Notes: a model not told the origin generated them from the letters alone. A stretch of 34,431 bases of DNA from a virus (IMGVR_UViG_3300044723_010151:1-34431), one strand, 5' to 3'. Positions 8,563 through 17,856 are shown, counted from the stretch's first letter. Numbers and translations are program-made.

Positions 8563-11500
8563 ATGGCTGAAATTAAATTAGGTAGAATTAAATTTATATG
8601 GAAAGGCAATTGGTCGCCTGGGATAGAATATTTTAAAGATGATATTGTTAGAAATGGCGGGAATACATATGTCTGTGTTGCAAGACACGTAAGTTCAGAT
8701 TTTGCATTAGACGAACCTGGTTCTTGGAATACTATTTCAGAAGGACAAGAATGGAGAGGTAACTGGGAAGTTTCAACTCTATATCGTGAAAATGACATTG
8801 TAAAATATAATGGGTTACTCTATATAGCAAATACTGAACACACCAGTATAGATGAAATTTACAGTGGCGGCTTGACTGTTGATTCAGAAAAGTGGGATTT
8901 ATATGGAGAAAGTTTTGAATATACAGGCAATTGGCAAACAACTTATGTTTATAGACTAAACGATCTTGCAAAGTACAATGGAATAACTTATAGATGTATA
9001 GAAGAACACACATCAACTGATACAGAATTTGCAGGTTTAGAAGTTCAACAGGCTAAATGGGAAGAATTTGTTTCAGGTATTTATTGGATGGGTCAATGGA
9101 CAACATCTACGAGATATAAAGTTAACGATGCAGTAAAATATGGCGGACAAATTTATTTGTGCAATACTGGGCATATAAGTTCAGATACAATAGCTAGTGG
9201 TTTAGAATTAGATCAAGACAAATGGACATATTTCCACAAAGGTATAGAATATAAAGGTGACTGGGAAACAAATGTAAGGTATAAAGTAAATGATGTAGTA
9301 AAATACGGCGGAGGTATATGGATTTGTACAATTCCTCACACAAGTTTTCAAGATTTTACAACTGACGTATTTGAACAGTTTGTTGAAGGTTTAGAATTTG
9401 AAGATAGCTGGTCACACACAAAGAATTATCAGGCAGGAGATATAGTAACGTTTGGTGGATATAGTTATATTGCAAAAGTTAACAATAAAAACTACACTCC
9501 GTCTATAAGCGCAGCAGTTTGGGATTTTTTTACCGCAGGTTTTAGATTTAGAGGAGAATGGGGAGAAGATAGTTCTTTACAAGATTACTTTGTAGGCGAT
9601 GTTGTAACAATTGGTAGTTATACATATCTTTGTATATTAGATAATCAAAATGTAAGACCTCCTGATTCAGGAAGATGGTTACGATTAAACAGTGGTATTT
9701 ATTGGAAATCTGATTGGACATCAGGACAATATTATGATACAGGTGATGCAGTTTCATATCAAAACTTTTCTTATATTTGTATATCAAGTCATACAGCCGA
9801 TGAAATCAGTCAACAAAATCGACCAGATCAAACAACTGGATTTGGTAATGCAGCATCTTTTTGGGATTTATTAGGCGGAGGAACAGAAGCTAAAACTTTA
9901 ACAACCTCAGGCGACTTACTATATTACAGTGGAGTTGGACCAGCAAGAATACCAATCGGAGAAGTAGGACAAGTTTTAGCAGTTGATAATCAAGGACAAT
10001 TTCCTGAATGGAAATATCTTGGCACAATTAATAATGTGTATTATGTAGAAGGAACAACAGGTACCGATTTACCAGCTCCGGTATATGGTACAACATTAAA
10101 TCAGCCTTGGAAAACTGTAAGGTATGCTGCAGAACAAGTTGATTTAGGCCCATTGCTACCAAATGCACGATATCTGTTAGAAACAAATAAATCTTTTATT
10201 CAAAATGCTGTAGTAGAATGGGTGAATGATAGAATTGCTGAAGGTACTGGAATCTGGGCTGGATTTACAAATACAAATATTCCATATTGTAGAAGAGATA
10301 TAGGCTTAATTTTAGACGCAATTATTTGGGATATGGGCCATGGTGGAAATGCAAAAACAAGACTTGCAACTTTATCATATTTTGACGAAGCAGGAGCATT
10401 AATACCTGAGATAGCCGATGAATACCAACAATTAGTTGCTGCATTAGAATCTATGAGATTCATAACTGAATACATAATTAGCAACCTTGATTACGTACAA
10501 GTTTCTAATTCTTTTACGCAATTTAAAGACACAACAATTGTTAAAGAATTTGATGCGCAAGAAAAAATAGATAATCTTGTTTCTATCATAAAAACAACTT
10601 TAAACGATACTAACTTAACAAATTTGCCAAAAGAATATAAACCTAATAATACAATTTTTGTAAAAACTGGCATTTTTGAAGAAATTTTACCAATAATTGT
10701 TCCTGAAAATACAGCAGTTGTAGGAGATGAATTACGATCTACAAAAATAGTTCCTAGAGGAAAAGTTACTCATCCAACTGATAGTTATTATAGCAAACAA
10801 ACTTTACTTCATATGAAATCTATTATTTCAGATGTAATTACAAATACTTCAATAACTCCAACTACTGGCAACAATGAATCACAATATTTACAAAGTCCTC
10901 CAGGTACAGTTGGATCTCAAACAAATATAGATAGTATAATAAATAATTCTATAGAAATAAAAGACATTCTAAATAACGGAACAACAAATGCCGATGCAAT
11001 AAATTTTACAGATCCTGGAGTTGACGCAAATAAATTGAACGCAAGAGTTTTGCTACAATTAAATAAAGCATTTATTGTAAATGAATTAACAACATGGATC
11101 AATGCACAAATTTCAGGTAATATAGCACCTTTTACAAGTGCGTTTACATATGATGTTGCAAAGTGCGAAAGAGATGTTGCATACATAGTTGACGCTTTGA
11201 GCTATGATGTACAATACGATTGCGAATGGGCAGTTTACATCATGGCTGAATCCTATTTTGTAGGAGCTGTATCTTCTTTGCCAGCAGGCGAAATAGACGA
11301 AACAGTAGCTGCATACGAACAATTAGCTGATATTGTATCTGATATTGTTGTAGAAAATTATGCTGGACAGGTAACTAATGGATTACCGGCATCATTTACT
11401 GAAGCAGGAACAGTAGATAGTGGAGTACATGTCATATCAGATGCAATCCAAGCTGGTGGGTTAGACAGCTTACCAGGGATAACCTACCCAGATATAACTT

Positions 11501-14500
11501 GGACAAGTGCAGAAGCTCAGATAGCTCATGCAAATATGCTTTCTGCTAAAACAAGTATACAGCAAGAAGTAGTTGCATACATAAAGAAAAATAATTACGA
11601 TCTTGCATTTAATCAGGCCACTTGTTACAGAGATGCAGGATATATGGTAGATGCGCTTGCATATGATATGGCATTATCTACAAATTATCAATCAATACTT
11701 GTAGGAATATCATATTACAGGGGAACAAGTTCTTCTAATTTAGTTTTAGCTGAACAACTTGATGTAACGATAGATGCCGTAAATTATATTGCACAAAAAC
11801 TTCAAATATATGCACCTGGCGGACCAGGTTTAGCGTCAGAAATTATTGTACAAAGTGGCATAGATTACATTGACTATTACATTAACAATATTGGTTTATC
11901 ACCTATTGTTGCAGGTACAAATTACCCTATTACAGACACTAATTACACATATGCAGCAGAAAACATAGAAAAAAATAGAAAATTTTTAGTTGAAGAAATG
12001 GATGCATACATAGATGTTACTTTTTCAGATACTGTTACTGCTACTACTACTGGACAAAATACAATTACAATAAGCGACACATCTTGGTTACAAATTGGTA
12101 CAGCAATAAAGTTTACAGGAACGGTCGGCGGCGGACTTATTGAAGATTTAGAATACTATGTGCTAACGATTGTAGATGGCACAAACTTTAAAATTACCGA
12201 GTCAAGAGATTCTGTAGCAGAAGTAAACCTAGATACTTCAAGTACGTCATTTACTGTCTCATTATCGTATAACTCAGAATTATGTTTAAGAGACGTAAAC
12301 AAATATATCGATGGACTTAAATTTGATTTAATATACGTTGGAAATTATAAAACTTTAAATGCCTCACAATACTATGTCAATGCTGTTACAGGGTCTAAAT
12401 TATTAGATATGTTTTACATGAGGAATGCATCAGGACTGAGAAATTGCACACTGCAAGGATTAGACGGACGATCAGACGGTGATTTGATTAATACACAAAT
12501 TTCTGGATTAACTGATGTAGGACTGTCGGGTACACAACGTCCATTAGCAGGTGCATTTGTAAGTCTAGACCCTGGATTTAATCCAACAGATGAAAGAACA
12601 TGGATATTAACACGGAGTCCGTACATCCAAAATGTTACAACATTTGGAGATGCATGTACTGGTATGAAAGTCGACGGCGAAATTCATGCAGGTGGAAATG
12701 ATTCAATTGTTGCAAACGATTTTACTCAAATTATTAGCGACGGAATTGGATTTTGGGTTTCAAACCTAGGTAGATCTGAGTTGGTATCTGTATTTACATA
12801 TTATTGTCATGTGGGCTATTTAGCAGAATCAGGCGGAAAAGTAAGAGCTACAAATGGTAATAATTCTTATGGGTTATTTGGCTCTGTATCAGAAGGTGTA
12901 GATAATACTGAAGTTGCAATAACTGGTAAAGTTGACAACAGAGCCTTTACAGCAGTAGTTCAACGTGTTATTGCAAGCGGACAAGATATTATTGCAATAG
13001 AATATTTAAATGCAGGTGTTAATTACACGCCATCAGGAACTACTCTGACTGTTTCTGGAACAGGTTACGGAGCGTTAATTGGAAGCGTTAACACTGTAAA
13101 TCAAGGTGTTTATGAAGTACGAATGTTAGATTTAGACGATTCATCTGGAAAGTTTGGCGGTGAAGGATATTATTTTGCTACTAACAGTGCTCAAGAAGGA
13201 AATACAACCCAAATTAGATTAGCTAACACAGAAACTGGTTTAGCAAGTAATCTAATCACACTTGCAGTCTACATTGTAAGCGGTAAAGGAGCAGGCCAGT
13301 ATGGAGTTATAGACACTTATAATCCTACAACAAAATTAGCCGATATTATAAAAGCCAGCGACGGAACTGCAGGTTGGGATCAAATGATTCCTGGTAGAGC
13401 AATCGAAACTTTACTTGATGCAACAAGTGTATATTGGCTTGAACCATTAGTAATTTTTAGCGGATCAGATCAAGATCCAGCAGATTATTCACTTAGAGCA
13501 AAAGGTAGAGCAATTGTTGAAGCTGAACAGGTAATTAGAATAACAATTTTTGATCCAGGCACAGGTTACTCAAGTCCTCCTACTGTTACATTACAAGACC
13601 CTAATAATACTAGTGATGCACCAACAGAAGCAAGAATAGGCAGTGGTATTTTAACCCAACCAACATGGATTAATCGTGGTTTAGAATATGATACAGCAAC
13701 TGTAGAAATTAACGGAGATGGTTACGCAGACTTTTATCAACCAGGTGCATTGATACAGGTTAATAACCTAACAGATCAACCAAAACCCGGATCAAATGTT
13801 GAATTTGCAAATTTACTTAATACCTATTACAAGCTGGTTGCAGTTAGACAACTTACAGGAAGTGGACAATTTGGATTAGATGCTCCATTCAGTTGTCAAT
13901 TACAAATCAGTCCCGCTTTAGAAATTTCTGAAGCTCCGGAGCATGCCGAAGACTTAGAAATGCGTATACGATATAGTCAAATTAGATTAACTGGACACGA
14001 TTTCTTAGACATAGGAACTGGAAATTTTGCTACAACAAATTATCCAGGTCTTCCATTACAAGAGCCAGATCCAGAAAAAGAAACTGTAGAATATGGTGGA
14101 GGCAGGGTATTTTACACTTCAACAGATCAAGATGGAAATTTTAGAGTTGGAAAATTATTTTCAGTTGAACAAGCAACTGGTGTAGCAACCCTAAACGCAG
14201 ATGCATTTAACCTAAGCGGATTACAAGAGTTATCACTTGGAGAATTAGGATTAGGTTCACAAGGTGCTGTAATTAATGAATTTAGTACAGATGCTACATT
14301 TACCGCAGATAGTGACAGTATTGTACCAACACAAAAAGCAATTAAAGCATATATTACATCACAAATAGGCGGTGGAGCATCAACATTAAATGTAAATAGC
14401 ATTACTGCCGGAGAGATTTTAATAGTGGGAACAAGTATAAGCACTACAACAAATAATCAAATTGTAGTAAATCAAAAAATGAACTTTACAAAAGGTGTTG

Positions 14501-14541
14501 ACGGTGTACCTATTGCAATGAATTACTACTTAAAAAGTTAA
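8563..14541 (+). CDS. Giant modular virion protein, 1992 aa; paralog of 3409..8526 with helical CxRD (phycobiliprotein/globin-like) insertions
   Basis: SD GGAG. Same eight N-terminal repeats, same core (VGDELRS, HAGGNDSIVANDFTQ, GRSELVSVFTYYCH) and same C-terminal block. Four CxRD helical repeats are inserted. Confidence 0.8.
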   Translation: MAEIKLGRIKFIWKGNWSPGIEYFKDDIVRNGGNTYVCVARHVSSDFALDEPGSWNTISEGQEWRGNWEVSTLYRENDIVKYNGLLYIANTEHTSIDEIYSGGLTVDSEKWDLYGESFEYTGNWQTTYVYRLNDLAKYNGITYRCIEEHTSTDTEFAGLEVQQAKWEEFVSGIYWMGQWTTSTRYKVNDAVKYGGQIYLCNTGHISSDTIASGLELDQDKWTYFHKGIEYKGDWETNVRYKVNDVVKYGGGIWICTIPHTSFQDFTTDVFEQFVEGLEFEDSWSHTKNYQAGDIVTFGGYSYIAKVNNKNYTPSISAAVWDFFTAGFRFRGEWGEDSSLQDYFVGDVVTIGSYTYLCILDNQNVRPPDSGRWLRLNSGIYWKSDWTSGQYYDTGDAVSYQNFSYICISSHTADEISQQNRPDQTTGFGNAASFWDLLGGGTEAKTLTTSGDLLYYSGVGPARIPIGEVGQVLAVDNQGQFPEWKYLGTINNVYYVEGTTGTDLPAPVYGTTLNQPWKTVRYAAEQVDLGPLLPNARYLLETNKSFIQNAVVEWVNDRIAEGTGIWAGFTNTNIPYCRRDIGLILDAIIWDMGHGGNAKTRLATLSYFDEAGALIPEIADEYQQLVAALESMRFITEYIISNLDYVQVSNSFTQFKDTTIVKEFDAQEKIDNLVSIIKTTLNDTNLTNLPKEYKPNNTIFVKTGIFEEILPIIVPENTAVVGDELRSTKIVPRGKVTHPTDSYYSKQTLLHMKSIISDVITNTSITPTTGNNESQYLQSPPGTVGSQTNIDSIINNSIEIKDILNNGTTNADAINFTDPGVDANKLNARVLLQLNKAFIVNELTTWINAQISGNIAPFTSAFTYDVAKCERDVAYIVDALSYDVQYDCEWAVYIMAESYFVGAVSSLPAGEIDETVAAYEQLADIVSDIVVENYAGQVTNGLPASFTEAGTVDSGVHVISDAIQAGGLDSLPGITYPDITWTSAEAQIAHANMLSAKTSIQQEVVAYIKKNNYDLAFNQATCYRDAGYMVDALAYDMALSTNYQSILVGISYYRGTSSSNLVLAEQLDVTIDAVNYIAQKLQIYAPGGPGLASEIIVQSGIDYIDYYINNIGLSPIVAGTNYPITDTNYTYAAENIEKNRKFLVEEMDAYIDVTFSDTVTATTTGQNTITISDTSWLQIGTAIKFTGTVGGGLIEDLEYYVLTIVDGTNFKITESRDSVAEVNLDTSSTSFTVSLSYNSELCLRDVNKYIDGLKFDLIYVGNYKTLNASQYYVNAVTGSKLLDMFYMRNASGLRNCTLQGLDGRSDGDLINTQISGLTDVGLSGTQRPLAGAFVSLDPGFNPTDERTWILTRSPYIQNVTTFGDACTGMKVDGEIHAGGNDSIVANDFTQIISDGIGFWVSNLGRSELVSVFTYYCHVGYLAESGGKVRATNGNNSYGLFGSVSEGVDNTEVAITGKVDNRAFTAVVQRVIASGQDIIAIEYLNAGVNYTPSGTTLTVSGTGYGALIGSVNTVNQGVYEVRMLDLDDSSGKFGGEGYYFATNSAQEGNTTQIRLANTETGLASNLITLAVYIVSGKGAGQYGVIDTYNPTTKLADIIKASDGTAGWDQMIPGRAIETLLDATSVYWLEPLVIFSGSDQDPADYSLRAKGRAIVEAEQVIRITIFDPGTGYSSPPTVTLQDPNNTSDAPTEARIGSGILTQPTWINRGLEYDTATVEINGDGYADFYQPGALIQVNNLTDQPKPGSNVEFANLLNTYYKLVAVRQLTGSGQFGLDAPFSCQLQISPALEISEAPEHAEDLEMRIRYSQIRLTGHDFLDIGTGNFATTNYPGLPLQEPDPEKETVEYGGGRVFYTSTDQDGNFRVGKLFSVEQATGVATLNADAFNLSGLQELSLGELGLGSQGAVINEFSTDATFTADSDSIVPTQKAIKAYITSQIGGGASTLNVNSITAGEILIVGTSISTTTNNQIVVNQKMNFTKGVDGVPIAMNYYLKS
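8599..9870 (+). repeat. Eight ~50-aa Trp/Tyr-rich repeats (CBM5/12-like), protein-level
   Basis: Repeat heads WKGNW, WRGNW, YTGNW, WMGQW, YKGDW, FEDSW, FRGEW, WKSDW. Confidence 0.7.
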
Positions 14542-14552
14542 TGGAGATATAA

Positions 14553-14873
14553 ATGGCTACCGGAAGATTAGGAATTTCAAATTTACTCGCAGATACAGAA
14601 ACAACCCTGTATACATGCCCTACTGATACATTTTGTGTTGCATCAGTTTCTTTTTGCAACAGAGGTAATGCTGCAGTTGCTGTAAGGCTTGCAGTAGCAG
14701 AATTAGATTCACCAGATGATGCTGAATATATTGAATACGATTGCGAAATTTTAGCGAAAGGTGTTTTAGAAAGAACTGGTATTGTTTTAGATGCTGGAAG
14801 AAAATTGGTAGTCAGGTCGTCAGCAGTTAATGTTTCTGTTGTAGCATTTGGAATTGAGACTTCAACTGTATAA
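14553..14873 (+). CDS. Small virion protein, 106 aa (paralog of 2735..3064)
   Basis: SD GGAG. TTLYTCP......SV..CNR.....VRLAV.......EYIEYD..I....VLERTGIVL has the same layout as the 109-aa protein. Confidence 0.75.
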   Translation: MATGRLGISNLLADTETTLYTCPTDTFCVASVSFCNRGNAAVAVRLAVAELDSPDDAEYIEYDCEILAKGVLERTGIVLDAGRKLVVRSSAVNVSVVAFGIETSTV

Positions 14874-14876
14874 ATA
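14869..14876 (+). promoter_or_regulatory. T4-type late promoter (TATAAATA), overlapping the upstream stop codon
   Basis: Exact T4 late consensus, followed by SD AAGGA and ATG 14899. Confidence 0.75.
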
Positions 14877-14898
14877 TAATAAAGAAGGATAAAATTTA

Positions 14899-15231
14899 AT
14901 GGGACGATATATAACAACAACAGGCACAGCAGCTCCTGTTATAAGAGAAATTTCAGCAGGATATAATGCTCAAGTTAATGATAGAATTTTAGCTAATTCG
15001 GCGTTAGGTCCTTTTACAATTAATTTACCTGCTAATGCATCATTATTTACTAATGATACTATTCAAATAATAGATGTTGGCAAGGCTTTTGCAACAAACA
15101 ATGTTACTTTAGGTAGAAATGGATCTTTGATAGCAGGATTAGATGAAGATTTAGACTTAGATATGAATAGTAGTATCACAACAATCATGTATTCAGGTGC
15201 TACTTATGGGTGGATTATAATTGGAACTTAA
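14899..15231 (+). CDS. Small tail/baseplate fibre-type domain protein, 110 aa
   Basis: FTINLP.....D.I.IIDV...FATNN.T.GRNG..I.G..EDL.LD......Y.GAT.GW is a motif set common in T4-like fibre/baseplate proteins. Confidence 0.65.
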   Translation: MGRYITTTGTAAPVIREISAGYNAQVNDRILANSALGPFTINLPANASLFTNDTIQIIDVGKAFATNNVTLGRNGSLIAGLDEDLDLDMNSSITTIMYSGATYGWIIIGT

Positions 15232-15234
15232 AAT

Positions 15235-16110
15235 ATGTCAAGTTTGAGAGAACTTTTAGATAGAGCAGATACTAGTACATTTACAAAAGAAATTGGTGCT
15301 CCAATTCATCTAGATAATCTTACTCAAAGTTTATTTTTTACCAGAGTCTGTACTCAAAGGTATTGCGAAGTATATGAGGAAGGTTGTTGGTGCTGTTGGG
15401 AGATTGAATCTTGCATGAAAGAAATTACTTTTGAAATATGGGGCGGTGGAGGCGGTGGAGCCGGATCCTGCTGCTGTGCATGGGGTCCTCCAGGCGGAGC
15501 CGGAGCATATGCATGGAAATCAATTACTAACTATGACGGAGCATTAAATAACTGTAAATATACTTTCTGTGTTGCTCCTCCGAGTTGCTGTTCGCCATCA
15601 AGAACTTGTGGGTATAAAGGTTGCAGGAGTTTTGTATTAGGGCAAGGATTGAGTAATTTTTGTGCAGAAGGAGGCACTCCAGGTTGTTCGTTATGTTTCT
15701 TCTTTGGCTGTTTTCCGGTAAGTAATGCTTGCGGAATATTATGGCATCCTAATAGAGATACTGATTGTGCTTGTTATTTTGGAGCAGACTGGGGAGTAGA
15801 AGGTAAACCAGGTGGTCTTGAAGCAAGTTGTTCAAATACAGGCAATTGGTGCCATTACAAGACAATTTTTACTTTACCGCCAATGAGTGGTTACAAACAT
15901 GGATCCTTTAAAGCAGTTGGAGCACATTGCAACCTTGTTGCATCATGTGATATATGCAGAGTTGGTTCGTTCTTAGACGGAGCACACGGTGGAGGAAGCG
16001 AGATGAATGCTGTAGGAATAGGCGGAGCAACCGCTAGAGTTTGCGGCGGTGGGTGCTGTTGCGGAAATAACGGCGGACCAGGATTGATTAAGGTAAGTTA
16101 CAAGGAATAG
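15235..16110 (+). CDS. Cys-rich, Gly-rich adhesin-like protein 1, 291 aa (31 Cys by hand count)
   Basis: MSSLRELL start, FEIWGGGGGG, CCC, PGGAGAY, FCAEGG, C-terminal GGPGLIKVSY. Glycine-rich architecture is reminiscent of gp38-type adhesins. Confidence 0.75.
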   Translation: MSSLRELLDRADTSTFTKEIGAPIHLDNLTQSLFFTRVCTQRYCEVYEEGCWCCWEIESCMKEITFEIWGGGGGGAGSCCCAWGPPGGAGAYAWKSITNYDGALNNCKYTFCVAPPSCCSPSRTCGYKGCRSFVLGQGLSNFCAEGGTPGCSLCFFFGCFPVSNACGILWHPNRDTDCACYFGADWGVEGKPGGLEASCSNTGNWCHYKTIFTLPPMSGYKHGSFKAVGAHCNLVASCDICRVGSFLDGAHGGGSEMNAVGIGGATARVCGGGCCCGNNGGPGLIKVSYKE

Positions 16111-16111
16111 T

Positions 16112-16996
16112 ATGGCATCGTTAAGAACATTATTAGATAAGCATGATCAGGTTACCTATACCGAATTACAGGAAAGAAAAGTAATACCATCACCAAATTT
16201 TGGTTGCCAATGGACTCACACTAGTTATTGTCATTACGAGATAGGTTGTTGCGATGCGTACGGTAGAGGAAGAATTGCATCATGGTGCGTGCCTACCGGC
16301 TCATCTACAGTAACCTTTCATGTATGGGGAGCAGGTGGTGGCGGACCGGGTGCTTGTTGTTGTCAACAAGGAACACCTGGTGGATCAGGTGCATATGCAA
16401 AAGTAACCATAAGTGCTACACCAGGAGATTGTTATACTCTATGTGCAGGAATGAACGGGCTTTGTTGTTCTTTTACATGTTTAGGTTGCAGAGGTTGTGC
16501 ATCCTATGTGCAAGGAAATGGATTGATAAACTTCTGTGCAGATGGAGGACAAGGCGGAAAAGCTTGTTGTTTTTTACATCAACAAGCAATGAGTTATTGT
16601 TGTGCAATTGCAGTTCCAGGAAATCAATATGGATACTGGTACAATAATCATACACCATGCGCTTTCTTCTATGGAGCAGATGACGGAGCATGGGGTAGAC
16701 CTGGATTTACATATTCTTATTGTAGATATAATGATAATTCATGTTGGTGGAAATTAGGTGTGCCTTATCCAGGTGGAATACACAATAAATGTGGAGGTCA
16801 CATCCATGTAAGAACACAAGGAGATGCTTGTATACACGATTGGGCTTCTTGTGCAACTGGAACCGTAGGAGGAAGTTATTTCTCACCATTTCCAGGTGTA
16901 GGAGGACTTCCGGCAACAAGTTGTGGTGGAGGATGTTGTCATGCATGGAGTGGAACAGCCTGGGGCCCAGGCATGGTAAGAATAGATTACTGCTAA
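16112..16996 (+). CDS. Cys-rich, Gly-rich adhesin-like protein 2, 294 aa (30 Cys)
   Basis: MASLRTLL start, FHVWGAGGGG, CCC, PGGSGAY, FCADGG, PYPGG, GPGMVRIDY. Confidence 0.75.
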   Translation: MASLRTLLDKHDQVTYTELQERKVIPSPNFGCQWTHTSYCHYEIGCCDAYGRGRIASWCVPTGSSTVTFHVWGAGGGGPGACCCQQGTPGGSGAYAKVTISATPGDCYTLCAGMNGLCCSFTCLGCRGCASYVQGNGLINFCADGGQGGKACCFLHQQAMSYCCAIAVPGNQYGYWYNNHTPCAFFYGADDGAWGRPGFTYSYCRYNDNSCWWKLGVPYPGGIHNKCGGHIHVRTQGDACIHDWASCATGTVGGSYFSPFPGVGGLPATSCGGGCCHAWSGTAWGPGMVRIDYC

Positions 16997-17004
16997 GGAA
17001 TTTT

Positions 17005-17856
17005 ATGGCTAGTTTGCGAAGTTTATTAAATATTAAAGATGCTACAGAACTTAATGGATACAGTCAACCTGCAGAAGGTCAACAGCACTTATTTGCAGTA
17101 ACGTGTCACGTCACAACAAATGATAGTTACTCTGATTTTTGTTGTATGTCTTTCATAGTAGAAGCTGGCGCATCACGTGCAACATTTGATGTGTGGGGAG
17201 GCGGTGGATCTGGTCCTGTAGCTTGCTGTTGTATGTGGGGATCACCTGGTGCTTCTGGAGCATATACAAGGAAATACCAGTGCATAGAACCTGGTCAATG
17301 TTATGCTATCATACTTGGAAGGTCTGCATATTGTACAAATGGTACATCAGGTTGTAATGGTTGTTGGACCTGTGTATGCGGTGCAGATTTGTGTTACACA
17401 CCTTATAAACTAACACTATGTGCCCAAGGCGGCGAAGGAGGTTGTGCTTGTTGTAATGCTCCATGTTGTGGTATGTATCGAACAGGTGGCGAAGACAGGG
17501 GCGGCGAACGACATTCAGGAACTGCTTTTTGTGGTGATTATAATATTCCTGCGGTAAAAGGTTGCTTGTGGCATCGTTGTTACAATAATGGTTGTTACAA
17601 TAAATACTTTATACCATATCCAGGCGGAATAATTAATAGATGCGGAGGAGTTGTGATGTCAAGACCTCATGATTCAAGATGGTTTAGTGGATGGGCCAGT
17701 TGTGTAGTCCAATATATTGGCGCACCCATAGGTGGTGGTGTAAGATGGCATGGATATATACCAGGTGTCGGAGGAGGTGCTGCACAAATCTGTGGCGGTG
17801 GTTGTATATGCGGCACACCAGGAACACCTGGACTAGTAAGAATTACATGGACATAA
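17005..17856 (+). CDS. Cys-rich, Gly-rich adhesin-like protein 3, 283 aa (29 Cys)
   Basis: Likely start is ATG 17005 (MASLRSLL, matching both paralogs, with SD AAGGA), not the ORF-track 16789. Motifs FDVWGGGGSG, CCC, PGASGAY, LCAQGG, PYPGG, PGLVRITW. Confidence 0.75.
   Translation: MASLRSLLNIKDATELNGYSQPAEGQQHLFAVTCHVTTNDSYSDFCCMSFIVEAGASRATFDVWGGGGSGPVACCCMWGSPGASGAYTRKYQCIEPGQCYAIILGRSAYCTNGTSGCNGCWTCVCGADLCYTPYKLTLCAQGGEGGCACCNAPCCGMYRTGGEDRGGERHSGTAFCGDYNIPAVKGCLWHRCYNNGCYNKYFIPYPGGIINRCGGVVMSRPHDSRWFSGWASCVVQYIGAPIGGGVRWHGYIPGVGGGAAQICGGGCICGTPGTPGLVRITWT

Noticed and set aside
10756-12405. Large in-frame insertion considered as an intein
   Set aside because: No C/S start with HN-C/S/T end and no LAGLIDADG motif. 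The content is CxRD helical repeats.
16282-16946. Alternative-frame and antisense ORFs (121, 72, 79 aa) within the Cys-rich genes
   Set aside because: Shadow ORFs favoured by the locally higher GC and Gly/Cys codons. They have no SD and no recognisable motifs.
16789-17004. ORF-track N-terminal extension making the third Cys-rich protein 355 aa
   Set aside because: It overlaps the upstream paralog out of frame. ATG 17005 has an SD and gives the MASLR.LL start shared by the paralogs.
15235-17856. Higher GC of the Cys-rich triplet as evidence of recent horizontal transfer, or as diversity-generating retroelement targets
   Set aside because: The GC rise is explained by Gly/Cys/Trp/Pro content while third positions stay AT-rich. 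No reverse transcriptase or near-identical template/variable repeat pair was seen in the window.
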